A stretch of 64,000 nucleotides of DNA from NCBI RefSeq assembly GCF_009914755.1, contig NC_060929.1; one strand, given 5' to 3'. Positions 1 to 15,786 of this stretch are shown here, piece by piece. Each line of letters begins with the position of its first letter. Positions within the stretch are counted from its first letter, which is position 1. The stretch comes from the human T2T-CHM13v2.0 reference genome, Homo sapiens. The translations under genes and the position numbers were made by a program. The notes under the pieces are model-generated. The model saw only the letters and a list, made by a program, of their open reading frames with translations, was not told the origin of the DNA and made no database searches.

Positions 1-566
1 GATTTAGCACATACTATATTAATGGAATAGAATCAGTCTTAAGCAAAATATATGGTTTATTTTGGGCCTTCTAGAGATGATGTCTACCCTTTTGTACTTT
101 CATTTGTTAGTGATTATAAAAAGAATTCTATATTAGTTGATTGAAAAGAATACATTGCAGGCTGATGGGGCACCTCTCAGTCAACATCTGGTGCTTTGGA
201 TTTGATTGTGCCAAGAGATTTTTCTTTTCCTCTTCTTTTGTTGTCTGATATATTGTGCAAAAAAAGAACTTTTCTGCCATCAATTAAGCCATCAGCTATG
301 TACTTGCCAAAATGGCCTACTCGGGACAGCTCAATTGACTACTTAGAACCATTCCTCTTTATTGAGGGAGCTGCGTGGTGACCTAGTCTTTGTAGCTGCG
401 TGTAGGTCTCTGTGACTTTGCCTTCATCTCTCATCCATGGATAACGCATCAGCAGAAGATGAGTCAGAAAGAGAGTCACATATGATGACAGGAAAGCAAG
501 GTTGGATAACAGGAGGCCCCAACAACCCACAGCCATGGAGTGGTCTACTCCAAGTGGACTTTAAGC

Positions 567-895
567 CAGTGGTCCCCAGCCTTTTTCACACCAAGGACCA
601 GTTTTGTGGAAGACAGTTTTTCCACAGACCTGGGGTGGGGTATGGTTTTGGGATGAAACTGTTCCATCTCAAATCATCAGGCATTAGTTAGATTCTCATA
701 AGGAGCTTGCACCCTAGATCCCTCCCATGTACAGTTCACAATAAGGTTCGTGCTCCTATGAGAATCTAATGCCATTGCTGATCTGACAGGAGGCAGAGCT
801 CAGGCAGTAATGCTCACTGACACACCACTCACTTCCTGCTTTGTGGCCTGGTTCCTAACGGGCCATGGGTGTGGCCCGGGCACTGGGGATCCCTG
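567..895 (-). mobile_element. MER1B hAT-Charlie MITE
   Basis: Termini CAGTGGTCCCC...GGGGATCCCTG, MER1B body, perfect 8-bp TSD CTTTAAGC (559-566 / 896-903). Confidence 0.9.
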
Positions 896-1204
896 CTTTA
901 AGCTCTCCACTACCTTCAGGTTTCAGAATGTCTAACATCACTCTGGTGACTGTGCCTCCAGTCACTCTAGCAGTTCCAGTAGGTAAGTATTCAGGGGCCC
1001 AGTGACTTCCAGATGCTGCTTCTGATCAGAACATTTCAGAAAAAAGGATAAAATGACCTGAAGGGGACCATCCTAGCTTTCTGGACCCCATCTTATCCAG
1101 CTGCAAATGGAACAGCTTTTCTTTTTGATTAGCTCTAGAAAATGAAGGAGAATATCTTCCCTTTTGAAATTTCCTTCTTTTTTCCATTCCAAAATTTAAA
1201 AAAC

Positions 1205-1360
1205 ATTTCACAAAGATTGAATATATTCAAGGTGTATGGCATGATGATTTGACACATGTGTACATTGTGTAATGATTTGTGCCATCAAATTAATACATCC
1301 ATTGCCACCCATCCTATAGAACCATTCTATACCCAGAACTTGTCATCTTATAACTTAACA
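1205..1360 (-). mobile_element. Old L1MA-type 3' end fragment
   Basis: tatattcaaggtgtatggcatgatgatttga...cattgtgtaatgatt resembles the L1MA 3' terminus in reverse. Confidence 0.55.
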
Positions 1361-1477
1361 TTTTTTTCTGTTTTGAATTATCTGGTATCTTACCTATGAT
1401 AGGATTACTGAAGAAGGGACAATGGGAGGTTAAGTAATTCATTCCTTTCTCATGTCCTCAAATCATGATGTAATTAA

Positions 1478-1828
<351 letters not shown>

Positions 1829-1927
1829 ACAAGTGATTTCTTGAATATCTCAACTCAGTGGGATTCAAATATGAAGTGGTTGGTTTTTCTCCTATGACTT
1901 CCTTCAAACATGCTCCTTTAGGTTACC

Positions 1928-2200
1928 TTTTTGTTTGTTTGTTTGTTTTTAGGCAGAGTCTTGCTCTGCTGCCCAGGCTGGAGTGTAGTGGCACAATCTC
2001 AGCTGACTGCAACCTCTGCCTCCCGGGTTCAAGCGATTCTTGTGCTTCAGCCTTCCAAGTAGCTGAGACTAGAGGCATGCACAACCATGCCTGGCTAATT
2101 TTTGTATTGTTAGTAGAGACGGGGTTTCACCATGTTGGCCAGGCTGGTCTCGAACTTCTGCCCTCAGGTGATCCACCTTGGCCTCCCAGAGTGCTGGGAT
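1928..2200 (-). mobile_element. AluS, 5'-truncated
   Basis: (TTTG)n tail then Alu body that stops at gtgctgggat. Confidence 0.9.
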
Positions 2201-2739
2201 CTGCCCGACAGGGTTGACTTTCTTTCTGTATCATTTCAGAACTTCTTAGATCCTTTAAGTCTTCAATTATTTTCAGATATGGAAAAGTCTAGTTTTGCCT
2301 GGTTTATGTTGAAACTTCAATCTCACTTCCAGTTTAGTGCTGACCTCATTGCTGACCCCACAGCAAGCAAGGCCCCAGCTTGAGGGATTTGTATAGAAGG
2401 GGAGTGGCCACAGTCTGTTCTTTCTTCCTCCCTTTTCTGCTTTTAGCTCCTTCTGTGTTGAAGCAGATGAGAGAGAACTTGGAAAAGAGCCAAAATCTTC
2501 TGACTTTATTGCTGTATTGTGGTCAATGACTGCCTGTCCATGGCTGCTGTGTGGCTGGCATTCAAGTGTTAGCAATGTATCTCTGTCGGGTACATGAGTG
2601 GTTCCTTTGTTGGACACAGTCAGAGTCATCTTCAGTGCAGAGTTCCTTGACTTGGCCCAAGAAAAGAGAGAAGTCAGAGCACTTATCATAGCCAGCATTG
2701 TATAACTCCAAAGATCCTAAGACTTCTGTTCTTGTGGAC

Positions 2740-2915
2740 CAGTGGGCCTCCACATTGGCTGAGTGACTAGAATCATCTAGGGAGCCTTTAAAAGAAAACC
2801 AGTGGCTGGATTCAACCACATAAATTCTGACTTGATTAGTTGGGCTCAGGCATGAGTATTTTTGAAAAGCTCTCCAGCTTCTAATGTTTTTCTACGTCAG
2901 GTTTGAGAACTACTG
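2740..2915. mobile_element. MER5-type hAT-Charlie MITE
   Basis: CAGTGG...gtttgagaactactg termini with tagaatcatctagggagc and aaaagctctccag motifs. Confidence 0.65.
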
Positions 2916-4001
2916 ACGTAGTTTGGTGAGATGGAAGGTGATGGTAGCAGCATTTGTTAGTGATTGCTACAGGGTTATGGCTGGTCGTTCCTTGGTGGCT
3001 CTCTTTAGAAAATGGGATACACAAAGCACCTATTGCTTTCTACCATGTGGCCTTTTCTGAAATGCACAATCAATGGGAAAATTTCATTCGACATTCTATT
3101 TTGCTGCAATTTTTGTGACTCTCCCTGGCCCTCTTGCCTATCTTGGCATCTCTTCCTATAAAAAGAAGGTTCACAGAAAAAGCTACAGTTGCTTTTTACC
3201 AACACAGGCCAAGAGGCTCAGACAGTTGGATAAATTCTGTAAAATTTTACTTCATTCTAGCAATTTCTGGAGCACTCTGGAGGGATCATGAACACATAGC
3301 ACACTTCTTTTCCAACTAAGATTAACAAGAGTTTTCTTCAAGGAACCAGACACATCCAAGTGACATTTTATTTCCTCTCATTCCTATCTCCCCTTTCTCC
3401 AACACATTTTACTAGCAACTCCAGTATAAAAATAGTATCTTTGTTACTGAGATTTTTGTCTGCTCCTGCTACTTAGGCTACCATGGAGTTATTATCCTTC
3501 AGTCTCTTGACACAACCAAAATTGTTTCCATACTAACAGATTTTAATGTCAGAAACTGAGATGATGGCTTCAGGTGAAGAATAAATAACAAGAGCCAATG
3601 AACTTGAGGACCAGGCATACCACCCCAAATACAATGAAAGCCACTCAGAAGAAAACATGATTCAATACTAAAGCAGATTCATCCTGAAATAGAGATTCAA
3701 AAATTTCCCACAAATCATCAATGACTCTTTAAGTACAGTTCCTGTTGGCAGTAAATTTATACCATTTTTGGTATGAATGCCACCAAAAAGGAAACAGATT
3801 GCTTGACAAATTTTATATGGTTCAAGCTGGGAATATTTTGGCCATTTAAAGGAATTCACTTGTAAGTTCTTGCTGATAATTAGTGGCGTTGGGGATGTGA
3901 CATTATACCCTAGTCATAGGTAATATGGAGTCCAATAAGTGCTTTTAGGTATACTTTGGTAAGAATGTGAAAATTCTCTTCCTCTCCATCTTTCCTTCTT
4001 C

Positions 4002-4560
4002 TGAAGGAGGTCAGGATATGCCACCTCAAAGTATGCCACTTTGACATATTAGTTATTTTGAGCTGGAGACACTTGAGAAACAGCAGTTGCAAGAAGAGCT
4101 CTCTGCCCTCCTCCCGCTTTTTGCCCAAAATAAGGGCAAAAATTCACGCCATCTCTTGTAGCAGGATGAGAAGAGCAACCCTTAGTACTGGAGACAGAGA
4201 GCTGGCATTGAGAAGAGTCTGCATAAACAGACCTTATGAAAATAACCGTTGTCTTCCATGAATTTCCCATATATATTTGCTGGTCACTTTCTCTTAATTT
4301 ATTGGCCCTAGAAACTCCAACCTCTTTTCTTCATCTAGTCTGTACAATTTATTACCCTTTGTTAAAATGGTATATGAGCCTTCATGTTGAATTGCTTCTT
4401 TGGGTTTTCAATTTTCTCTGAAGCCCCTGTGCATGTTACATTAAAATTATGAATAAAATGTTTATGCCTTTTTTTCCTGTTAATCTGACCTTTGTCAGTT
4501 TAATTTGCAGGCCCCAGTCACTAAACATAAGAGAGTGGAGGAAAAGTTTGTCTCCTTACA
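4002..4560 (+). mobile_element. MER34-family ERV1 solo LTR
   Basis: Starts TGAAGGAGGTCAGGATATGCCACC, AATAAA near 4452, ends gaggaaaagtttgtctccttaCA. Confidence 0.7.
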
Positions 4561-4979
4561 TCTCCCAAGGCACAATTTGGAGTCTTAAAATTCTAACTCG
4601 AAAGAGTTAGATCTGTGTCTTTTGCTAATAAACAAAAATGGGTAACATTAAATTTTTGTGGAAAAACACCTGATAAAGGCTCAAGGGATCTTAGTTCTTT
4701 TTTCCCCCCTGTCATTAACTAGTTCTGTGATTTAGAGAAAGTAACTTAACCTCTTTGGGCTCCAATTTTTTTGTTTGTAAATTAAGGAGGTGAGTCAAGC
4801 AATCTCTACTTATGTCCTTCACAGCTTTATTGTTCTATTTCTGACTTGTGACTTGTTCATTCATCACTTGATATACAAGGAGAATCAACTCTTCTCAACT
4901 ATTGGCCCCTAAGAGAGTCTCATTAACAAATAAGGAGTGCATCGAGCAGATAAATTTTAATTTGGGATTACCTATGATT

Positions 4980-5360
4980 TAGTAGGAGAGATGGCTAATT
5001 ATTAATCAAAATATGTACTTCCTTTTCATGAGTGTTGAATTTATCAGTAATCTTACACTTAAGTGAGGCCACAAGACTAGAATCTGCCACTAGAATATGA
5101 GAAAACCTAATGGATGCCACTGTTGAGTCAAGGTGGATAAGAAGCAGCTTGCCTTCTCTGTGTTGTCTTACCCCTTTTGTTTGCTGGATGTCAATGCCCA
5201 GAACAACCTTGGAAGCATAAGTTGAAAATGGTTCAGCTTCTGTCAGCCTGGGTGGAGCAGGGAACTATGCCCACTAGGAAAATCTATATTTTTTTCTACT
5301 GTGTTGACCCCTAATATTAAGGGGTTTACTTCTACCATAGCTAGTGTTATCTGACCAAAA
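4980..5360 (+). mobile_element. MLT1J/I-like MaLR LTR (degenerate)
   Basis: gaggccacaagactag, ccttggaagc...gttgaaaatgg, tcagcctgggt and MLT1-like 3' end. Confidence 0.55.
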
Positions 5361-5451
5361 TTGTTTGAGATCTTATTTCCTCTGATTTTTCATCCTTCCT
5401 TCAAAGAAAGAAGCCTTATTTCAAAGGTGGAACACCCACAAGTAGATTTGA

Positions 5452-5791
<340 letters not shown>

Positions 5792-7044
5792 TGATTAGTA
5801 ATTTTATGTTTGAAGGTTGGAGAGCGGTGGTCTGTTTTCTGGAGGCGTGTAGTTAGGTTCCCTGAGAATGGTGTAGAAATGAGTGGTAGTTCGGGAAGTT
5901 GAGGAGATCTAATTCTACCAGCATTCAGCCCCTGGAGGAGGCAGAACCTGGATGGCTACATGGGCAAACATGAATACTAGAAACTGGAAGTCTTTGCAAG
6001 GATCACATAAACCTGGGGACTTTTCTGGACTGTGTAAGCCCTAGCATTTCATCTTTGATTATGATCACTTCTTGTAAGTTATCTCTGACATCTGAATGAC
6101 CTTGTTCTTCTTGTCAACCTTGGCTAGTTGGAACATGAATTGAACTGAATTTGATTTAGAAAATAAAGAAATATAACATTTCTTGCATTTCTTGTTGTGG
6201 AACAATTGGTACAAGTTATAAATGAACTGGTTGATAATTCCTGTAGATGCTGTAAAGGTATATGAATAATGCATAGAATTCAGTTGTGGAAAGCTGTTCT
6301 TCACTCTGCTGGGTAGCTTAAGTGTCTCACAGGCTACACAAACACTGCCACCTTTGCTTTGTGAATGAGCTCAGGATATGTTAAATTCCATATATGCTTC
6401 TATCACTTTACCTCCAAATTTCCACCCCATTTAGTATGTGCTGTGGATTGCAAACACATTTTAACATCAGTTCAAGAAAAGGAGAGTTAGTAAAATAAAT
6501 TGGCTGAGGCTACATCAAAACAAAGATTGAACAATGTTCACTAAATCAGACAGAAATAACTTTTAAGATTATTTTATCCTATTACCATCTTAGCTTGCCT
6601 AATTAGGCATCAGCTGTATCTAGAAAGTATCATGTGCAAAAAAAGTTAAAAAATGTGTGTCTGAGGTGTTAAATAGGGGATTAGATATTCTGAGATTCAA
6701 ATATCTTTTTCTTTTAAGCAGACAATATCCGTGAGAAAGACAAGGTATTGTATTGGAAGAGAGGAGGGAAGGTATCAGGGCTAATTAGTAGAAATAGTGG
6801 TTAAGTCAGCAGTTTTAGGATTTATACAGAGTAAAAATAAGCAAGGAGAGAAAGCAGATGCGGTGGTTCACATTCTTTTAACCAGAATAGTGAAGTAAAC
6901 AAGAACAGAGTTTGTCCACATGGATTAGAGGGCATAGCCGGATGTGTCTTAGTTCTGCTGACTTAGAAATGATTCTCCTACTTTGTAGTAATGGATTTTA
7001 TAATTGAGGGGGAAAAAACTACATTAAAAGACAGTCAAAAGTAA

Positions 7045-7350
7045 GGCCAGGCATGGAGGCTAACTCCTGTAATCCCAGCACTTTGGGAGGCCAAGACAGA
7101 TGATCACCTGAGCTCAGGAGTTTGAGATCAGCCTGGGCAACATGGTGTAATGCCATCTTTACCAAAAATACAAAAAATTAGCTGGGCATGGTGTTGCACG
7201 CCTATGTTCCCAGCTAGTTGGGAAGCTGTGATGGGAGGACTACTGGAGCCTGGGAGTCTGAGGTTGCAGTGAACTGCGATTGTGCCACTGCTCTCCAGCC
7301 TGGGTGAAAGAGTGAAACTGTCCCCCCAACCAGCCCCCTCCCCAAAAAAA
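7045..7350 (+). mobile_element. AluJ-like with C-rich degenerate tail
   Basis: Diverged Alu dimer; TSD GACAGTCAAAAGTA (7030-7043 / 7352-7365). Confidence 0.9.
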
Positions 7351-7931
7351 GGACAGTCAAAAGTACTTAGAAATGGTGTTGCATATAGTCTAGCTAGGTC
7401 CATCTTGGGAAAAGATCTAGAGAGAAGGGTTGGCTGGGTTTGTGGCCAAGATGAAGAAGGAAGTCATGAAGGGAAAGGATTTGGAGTTGTGTATTAAAGG
7501 GTTAACTTTTGCTCAACACACTTAGAAGGGCTGCTGAGAATTGTGACCTGCTGTGTCTTCCTCTGATTCTTGTGGCATCAGAGCAGGTAATAAATCATGT
7601 AGCTGTATATCCTCATTCACTCTTCTGCCTTGGCCTGGAAGGAACAATGGCTGCAAAAGAGACAGAAGCTCCCTCTTTTCATTGTCTGTGGAAGTTCCCT
7701 ATGTTCCTAGCAATCACCCTGGAGGCAGGGCATGTTAAAACAGGCAATGCACAACTTGTATTGATTTCCAATGTGGTATGATGCCACCTTCTCACTAAGA
7801 CAAGGACTTAATCTTTATATCCTAATAGCACCTTGTACAGTACCAGGCATATACTGTGCATTCAATAACTTGAAGTGAATAAATATAGAACTGAGTGAAC
7901 AAATGAAATATCTGGGAGAAAAATGGGATCT

Positions 7932-8957
<1,026 letters not shown>

Positions 8958-10400
8958 CCAAAAACAAATTTTTAAGGTAAAATTATAAAATCAGCTTTGT
9001 TGTCTCACAATAACCTCTACATAAGCATTCTGTGAAGCTAATTTTTTTGTCCATTGAATAAAATTTTTAGATTGATTCCATAGCCTATTTGCTCACTCAT
9101 TAATAAAGTCTGGCCTCATGAGCATTCAAAAAAGCCTGTTCAGTTCAGTATCACTGGTCCAGTGTTATAATCAAAATTCCTCTTTGCAGTCTAGCAATGG
9201 GGAAGGTGGGAATGGCTAATTATACTACATTTCTCCATCTGCTCTCCGTGACCTCCTCTCCCAGCCCACTAGCTACGCTTTCAGCTGGTGTTGGAAGCTG
9301 GGGATGGGAAGCTGGGGATGGGATGAAGGTAAGGGGGCAGGAAATGTCTTATTGGTAATTCTGCGAACTGTTACTGATACTTGCTGGGTTCAGAGGGTGT
9401 TCAAAGCTGACTGTCTTTCAGAGCAATATTTTTGGGCTCTTTGGAGACTTGCCCCATGTGGGAGTTCTCCCACAGTTCTGTTGAGGTGAGTGAATGTACC
9501 TGCTCTGACTGGTTGCTTAGGGTTTGCTTAGGATTTCTTTCCCTGGGAATCTAACTGTTTATCTTCAACCTCTTTCTACGGAGGGCTTCACACCTTCCAG
9601 GATGACCTTTTGATCAAGATCTAAGATAACCTCATACTAGCCCCCTCCCTCCCCTTGTCCCTCCCCGTATCTGATCCACATAAAATATGCATCTTTCATC
9701 CATGATCAGTGGGAGTTTAGTTACTTTCCAACTATAGTACTCCTGTTATTAACTTCCTGGTAAGCAACTTCATCCACAGCCACTTCTCAGATGTGTCAGG
9801 CCTAACTAAGTCCACTGTGTCCCAAGCTCCAAGGGATCCCTATGACCCTCGCTGAGGGTTTCCGTGAAGACCCTGTCTCTAGGCTTGAACTGAAGACCAA
9901 GCATCCTACCCATCTCTTATGGAGGATGTAGGAGGTAGAGCTTGTACAGCTGTTCCAGAGAAATCTTCCTTCTGATCTCCTGCCTTATTTTAACCTGTAG
10001 CCTCAGTGCCAGTATGTTCAAGGGGCACAAACCCTTCTTTTGCTAGTCCTGCATGGTGGTGTACGTCACTCATTTTGAGATGTGAGAGTGGTTGGCTCCT
10101 ATCATGGGGCCTCAAATGAAAGTGAGCCTGAAGTAGTTCCATATGTTCACTCTGATATGTAGATATGAAAAAAAATTCTTCATAGTTGGCTTTTTAAAGT
10201 TAACAAAAATGGGTCAAAGATGAAATGCACAAATAAATTTTGAATATTTCAATCTCTAGAGTTAAGAGACAGATGATTATTTTTAAAAAGTATTTCTACA
10301 TAGAGTCAAAGATAATAATTTAGCCAGAAATCAGTTCTTCTGTCTTCTTGGCTTGGGGTGGAAGTGCTCTTTGTGCTTATGGAAGATTCAGTCAGTCTCT

Positions 10401-10795
<395 letters not shown>

Positions 10796-13700
10796 TCAGT
10801 CAGTCTCTTTTACTTCTGTTTTACTCTGTGTTTTCTTTTCTTCTGGATCTATTTCAGTGACATTTATATTATTTATTTTTAATAAGTAATTTTTGGTATC
10901 TAAACACATTTGAGGATCAAGTCTCTGATTCATTCCTACTTTAAGTACCTAATGATTTTCTGCCCCGATTTCACTGACAAAATTTTGTTTTTAGTCTTTG
11001 AGAGAGGCTGACATGAATTCATAGCTCAATACTTCTTTGCGTTCAGGACCCACATTCTGTAGTGTTATTGGAGAATTCTGAACTTAAGTAGGAAGCTATT
11101 CTATCTTGACATACCTTTTGTAGTTGGGGGAAAATCTTTTAATATTCTTAAGGGAAAGAAACTTTAAAACTTCCCATTCTAAACAAACAAGTGTGTAATT
11201 TATGGTTTTGGGTTAATTTGATTACATACTTGTACATGAGAGGAATAGCTTTTTTGATGGATATTTAATTGGATTAATTTAAAGAGTATTTACTGAATAT
11301 CTAGCATATGCCAGGCAGGGCTGTGGGCACAACAATGAACAGACCACAGTCCCTTTTCTATTCTGGTATATTTATTTATGTGCCTTTACAATTTTAGTTG
11401 TAAATAAGACACTTTACACTTCAAGTTTAAAATTCTTGGGGGCATGTATTTGAAAGGAATATGAAAATAATATACATATTTTCCCTAAGTGAGGAAGTTG
11501 AAACAGGAGGATAGAGACTGAGATTTAAGAGTTCCATCCATATCCACCCCTGGCTTGCGAGGTCACCTTGCATAGACAGGCTTTATTTTCTCAAAGCCTC
11601 TTTTCCCTTGACAGCTCAGTACTATGGAGATCATAATTGTTTGCACAGTGTTTTGAAATCTTTAGAAGCAAGCTGCTGTATGTGTGAAATGTTATTCAAA
11701 AGACAAAAGATTTGAGACGGGTGTTGGTTTTACTTTTCCTAAGGCAAGTACCTGTTATTTTTCTCAGTGAGCACAACCAGACAATACAGACTGTCAAATA
11801 TTTATCATACAAATTTCTTGTGCTGTGATTTGGATCCTGAGAGAGGATTTTTGATTATTTATAATTGCTTACTTTTAGCAGGTGACCTGATTTTTTTCTT
11901 TTTCTTTTATAATTGTCTGATAAGTACTGCTTAAAAAGGAAACTTTAGAGTCAGAGAAATGCTATGTTCATTGAATTTGAAATTCTACAATGATGATGAA
12001 CAGCTTTTGACCTTTGTCCTGTGCTTTCTCATCAAGATCTTTGAGCCATTCTTGTTGTTACATATTCACCAGACATAAAGGTGCCCGGCCCATGTCAAAC
12101 AGTGTAGTTTGAATCTGCCGAGTTGCATGGCTGTGTCTTCCCAGGGAATTGATGTCATCTTCTCTGCTTACCAAAACTGCACATCCTCTTTTTTTCCTCC
12201 CCATGCTATCTTGGAAGCAGATTGGATTAACCTTACAGGATTTATTCTTAATGAAGTCTTTTTGGTTATTATCTAGTATCTTTTTTTCTTCAAAGAGCTG
12301 AAAATGTGATTTTTCGATGAGTGAAACCCAGATCTCTTGATAAAAGAGAAGATTCTCCTAACCAAATCTTGCCTTTTACTAGTCCTGGATGGTCCTCTCT
12401 TTGATGTTGATGTTGTATGTCTCACAGTAGAGGGAGTGTGGTCACTATGGGAACCATGAAGCACGTGTCCTTAAGAGTTTTCAGTTGTCTAATTTCTAGT
12501 ACCATGTCTTTTGCAAAATAACCACAAAATAATTGCACCAATTTCAATAATTGCACCATTTAAGATGGGCTCAGCATGCTTCATGAGATGAACAACAAAA
12601 CATAACACACACACATACAGGCAAGATAAGTGTGTGTGTAGTGTGTAATGAACATTTTAGCAATTACCTTGCAAAATCTGTCTCTTATGGATTGACTGCA
12701 GAATGTATTTTGTAACTTTATATGTTATACTCTTGGATTAATTATACTTCTGTACCAATGATCTTGGCAGCCAAACACTTCCTTTGCCATTGTTAAAAAT
12801 GGGATCATAAGCTTATTATCTGTACTATTATGAACAAGTTAAGTTGTCTAGGCTAAGCAACTGAAAGTTGGTTAATCTTAAACAGATTCTCAAGTTGGAA
12901 GTATCTTTGGGCCATAGGCTACAAATTACTAATAAAGGAGAGGCCAGTCAGTTAAAGTAAATGAGTATAATCAATGTCATGAGTGTAGGGTAAAATAACT
13001 CATGTAAATGGTGCAAATCACCAGGCCTTCTCAAGCAAGGATCTTTTTCTCATTTTGGGTAGAGATGTGGGTTCACAGAAATATTTTTGGCAAGATAAAA
13101 CAATAGTGAAAATGTGACATAACACATCAACTGTGACCTAAGAAATTCCAGTTTTGCAAATAAAAGGAGGATGTGTCAGGAACATATTTTTGTCTCTTTC
13201 CTGGCAAGTGCAACCTGGGCAACATGGCTTGGGTGGGTGCTGGCCTGAGTTTGTAAGCCTGGGTTTCTGGTTACCTGGTCTGGTAGTGCTGGGAGTTACC
13301 AAGCAGAGGGTCATTTCTGGTGTTTGTGGGTTCTTTCCTGCCAGGGCTCCTCTTTCTTTCCCATGTCTCTTCCATCTGCCATTCCTTCTCTCTCATATTT
13401 ATACAGTGGCAGCAGGGAGGGAGGATTGGCATTCTGAGTGCTTTGAGATTCCCTTGTCCTACTTCATTTGGCCGGGTTTTCATGCTCTAAGTTCTAAGGA
13501 GAGTTATCCAGTAGCTTTTATCTTTATCATGTATGTCATCTGCTCCAGACAATCATATCAACAAATGGCTGTTCTGTGTCAGAAGGATTTGAACCACATT
13601 CTTTGGAGGAAGAGAGTGATTAGCCTGCCTCCTCTTGCCCACTGCATTGGAAAATCCAGGAAGCACTGTCTGCTCACAGCCCTTTTCAGAAAAATGGCCC

Positions 13701-13799
13701 CCAGTAGTTATTTCTATAGAAACTGGCTTTGTTTTGTGCTGAATGACCTTGCCTTCTAATCTCAGCTGACAGGCTGGGAGGGCGTATTCAAGGCCCCTG

Positions 13800-15215
<1,416 letters not shown>

Positions 15216-15615
15216 TTAAAAGCCCACAATATATAGGTTGGATTTACAGGAAATCAAGGCACATATAGTGACTTGAAACATGTATAGGTGTTCTGTATCT
15301 GAACTGATTAAACCCATTTTTTTAAAAATGCAAATTTATAAAGAAATAAAGCAGTTGGAAGCTTATAGACTCTAGTTTCTGATGGGATGATAAAATTCTC
15401 TGGGCTCCCAGAGCTGCTGCTGGACCTGAAAAATGAAAAGTTTTGGTTCCAGTTCTTGGTGAGGCCTCTCCTTTCTCTTAATATTGGACATTTGGCCTCA
15501 GAGTGACTCTTTGGCAGTTGAGATGTTTTCTTGTGTCTCCTCATCTTCACATATGCTTATACTATGCCTACAAAATAGTTATTTATTTTTACATAAAGAA
15601 CCTGCATAAAGAGAC

Positions 15616-15786
15616 CTGTGGTGAGACCCTGCACCCAAAGCATAGTCTCCCTGTGATGAGACCCTGCACCCAACACACAGTCTCCCTGTGGTGAGACCCT
15701 GCACCCAACACAATCTCCCCACAATGAGACCCTGCACCAAACACACAGTCTCCCCGTGGTGAGACCCAGCAACCAACACACAGTCT
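15616..15786. repeat. 35-bp minisatellite, about 4.9 copies
   Basis: Unit CTGTGGTGAGACCCTGCACCCAACACACAGTCTCC repeated head-to-tail with few variants. Confidence 0.92.

Noticed and set aside
12527-12558. Short tandem duplication of AATAATTGCACCA (similar ones near 42485, 58958, 63324)
   Set aside because: Ordinary replication-slippage duplications with no further structure.
13154-13759. 201-aa ORF, the longest outside L1
   Set aside because: Starts at TTG, has no recognisable domain and the composition of translated non-coding DNA; likely chance.
15616-15786. Possible CRISPR array (35-bp partly palindromic repeats)
   Set aside because: Units are contiguous with no unique spacers, there are no cas genes, and the context is primate DNA; it is a minisatellite.
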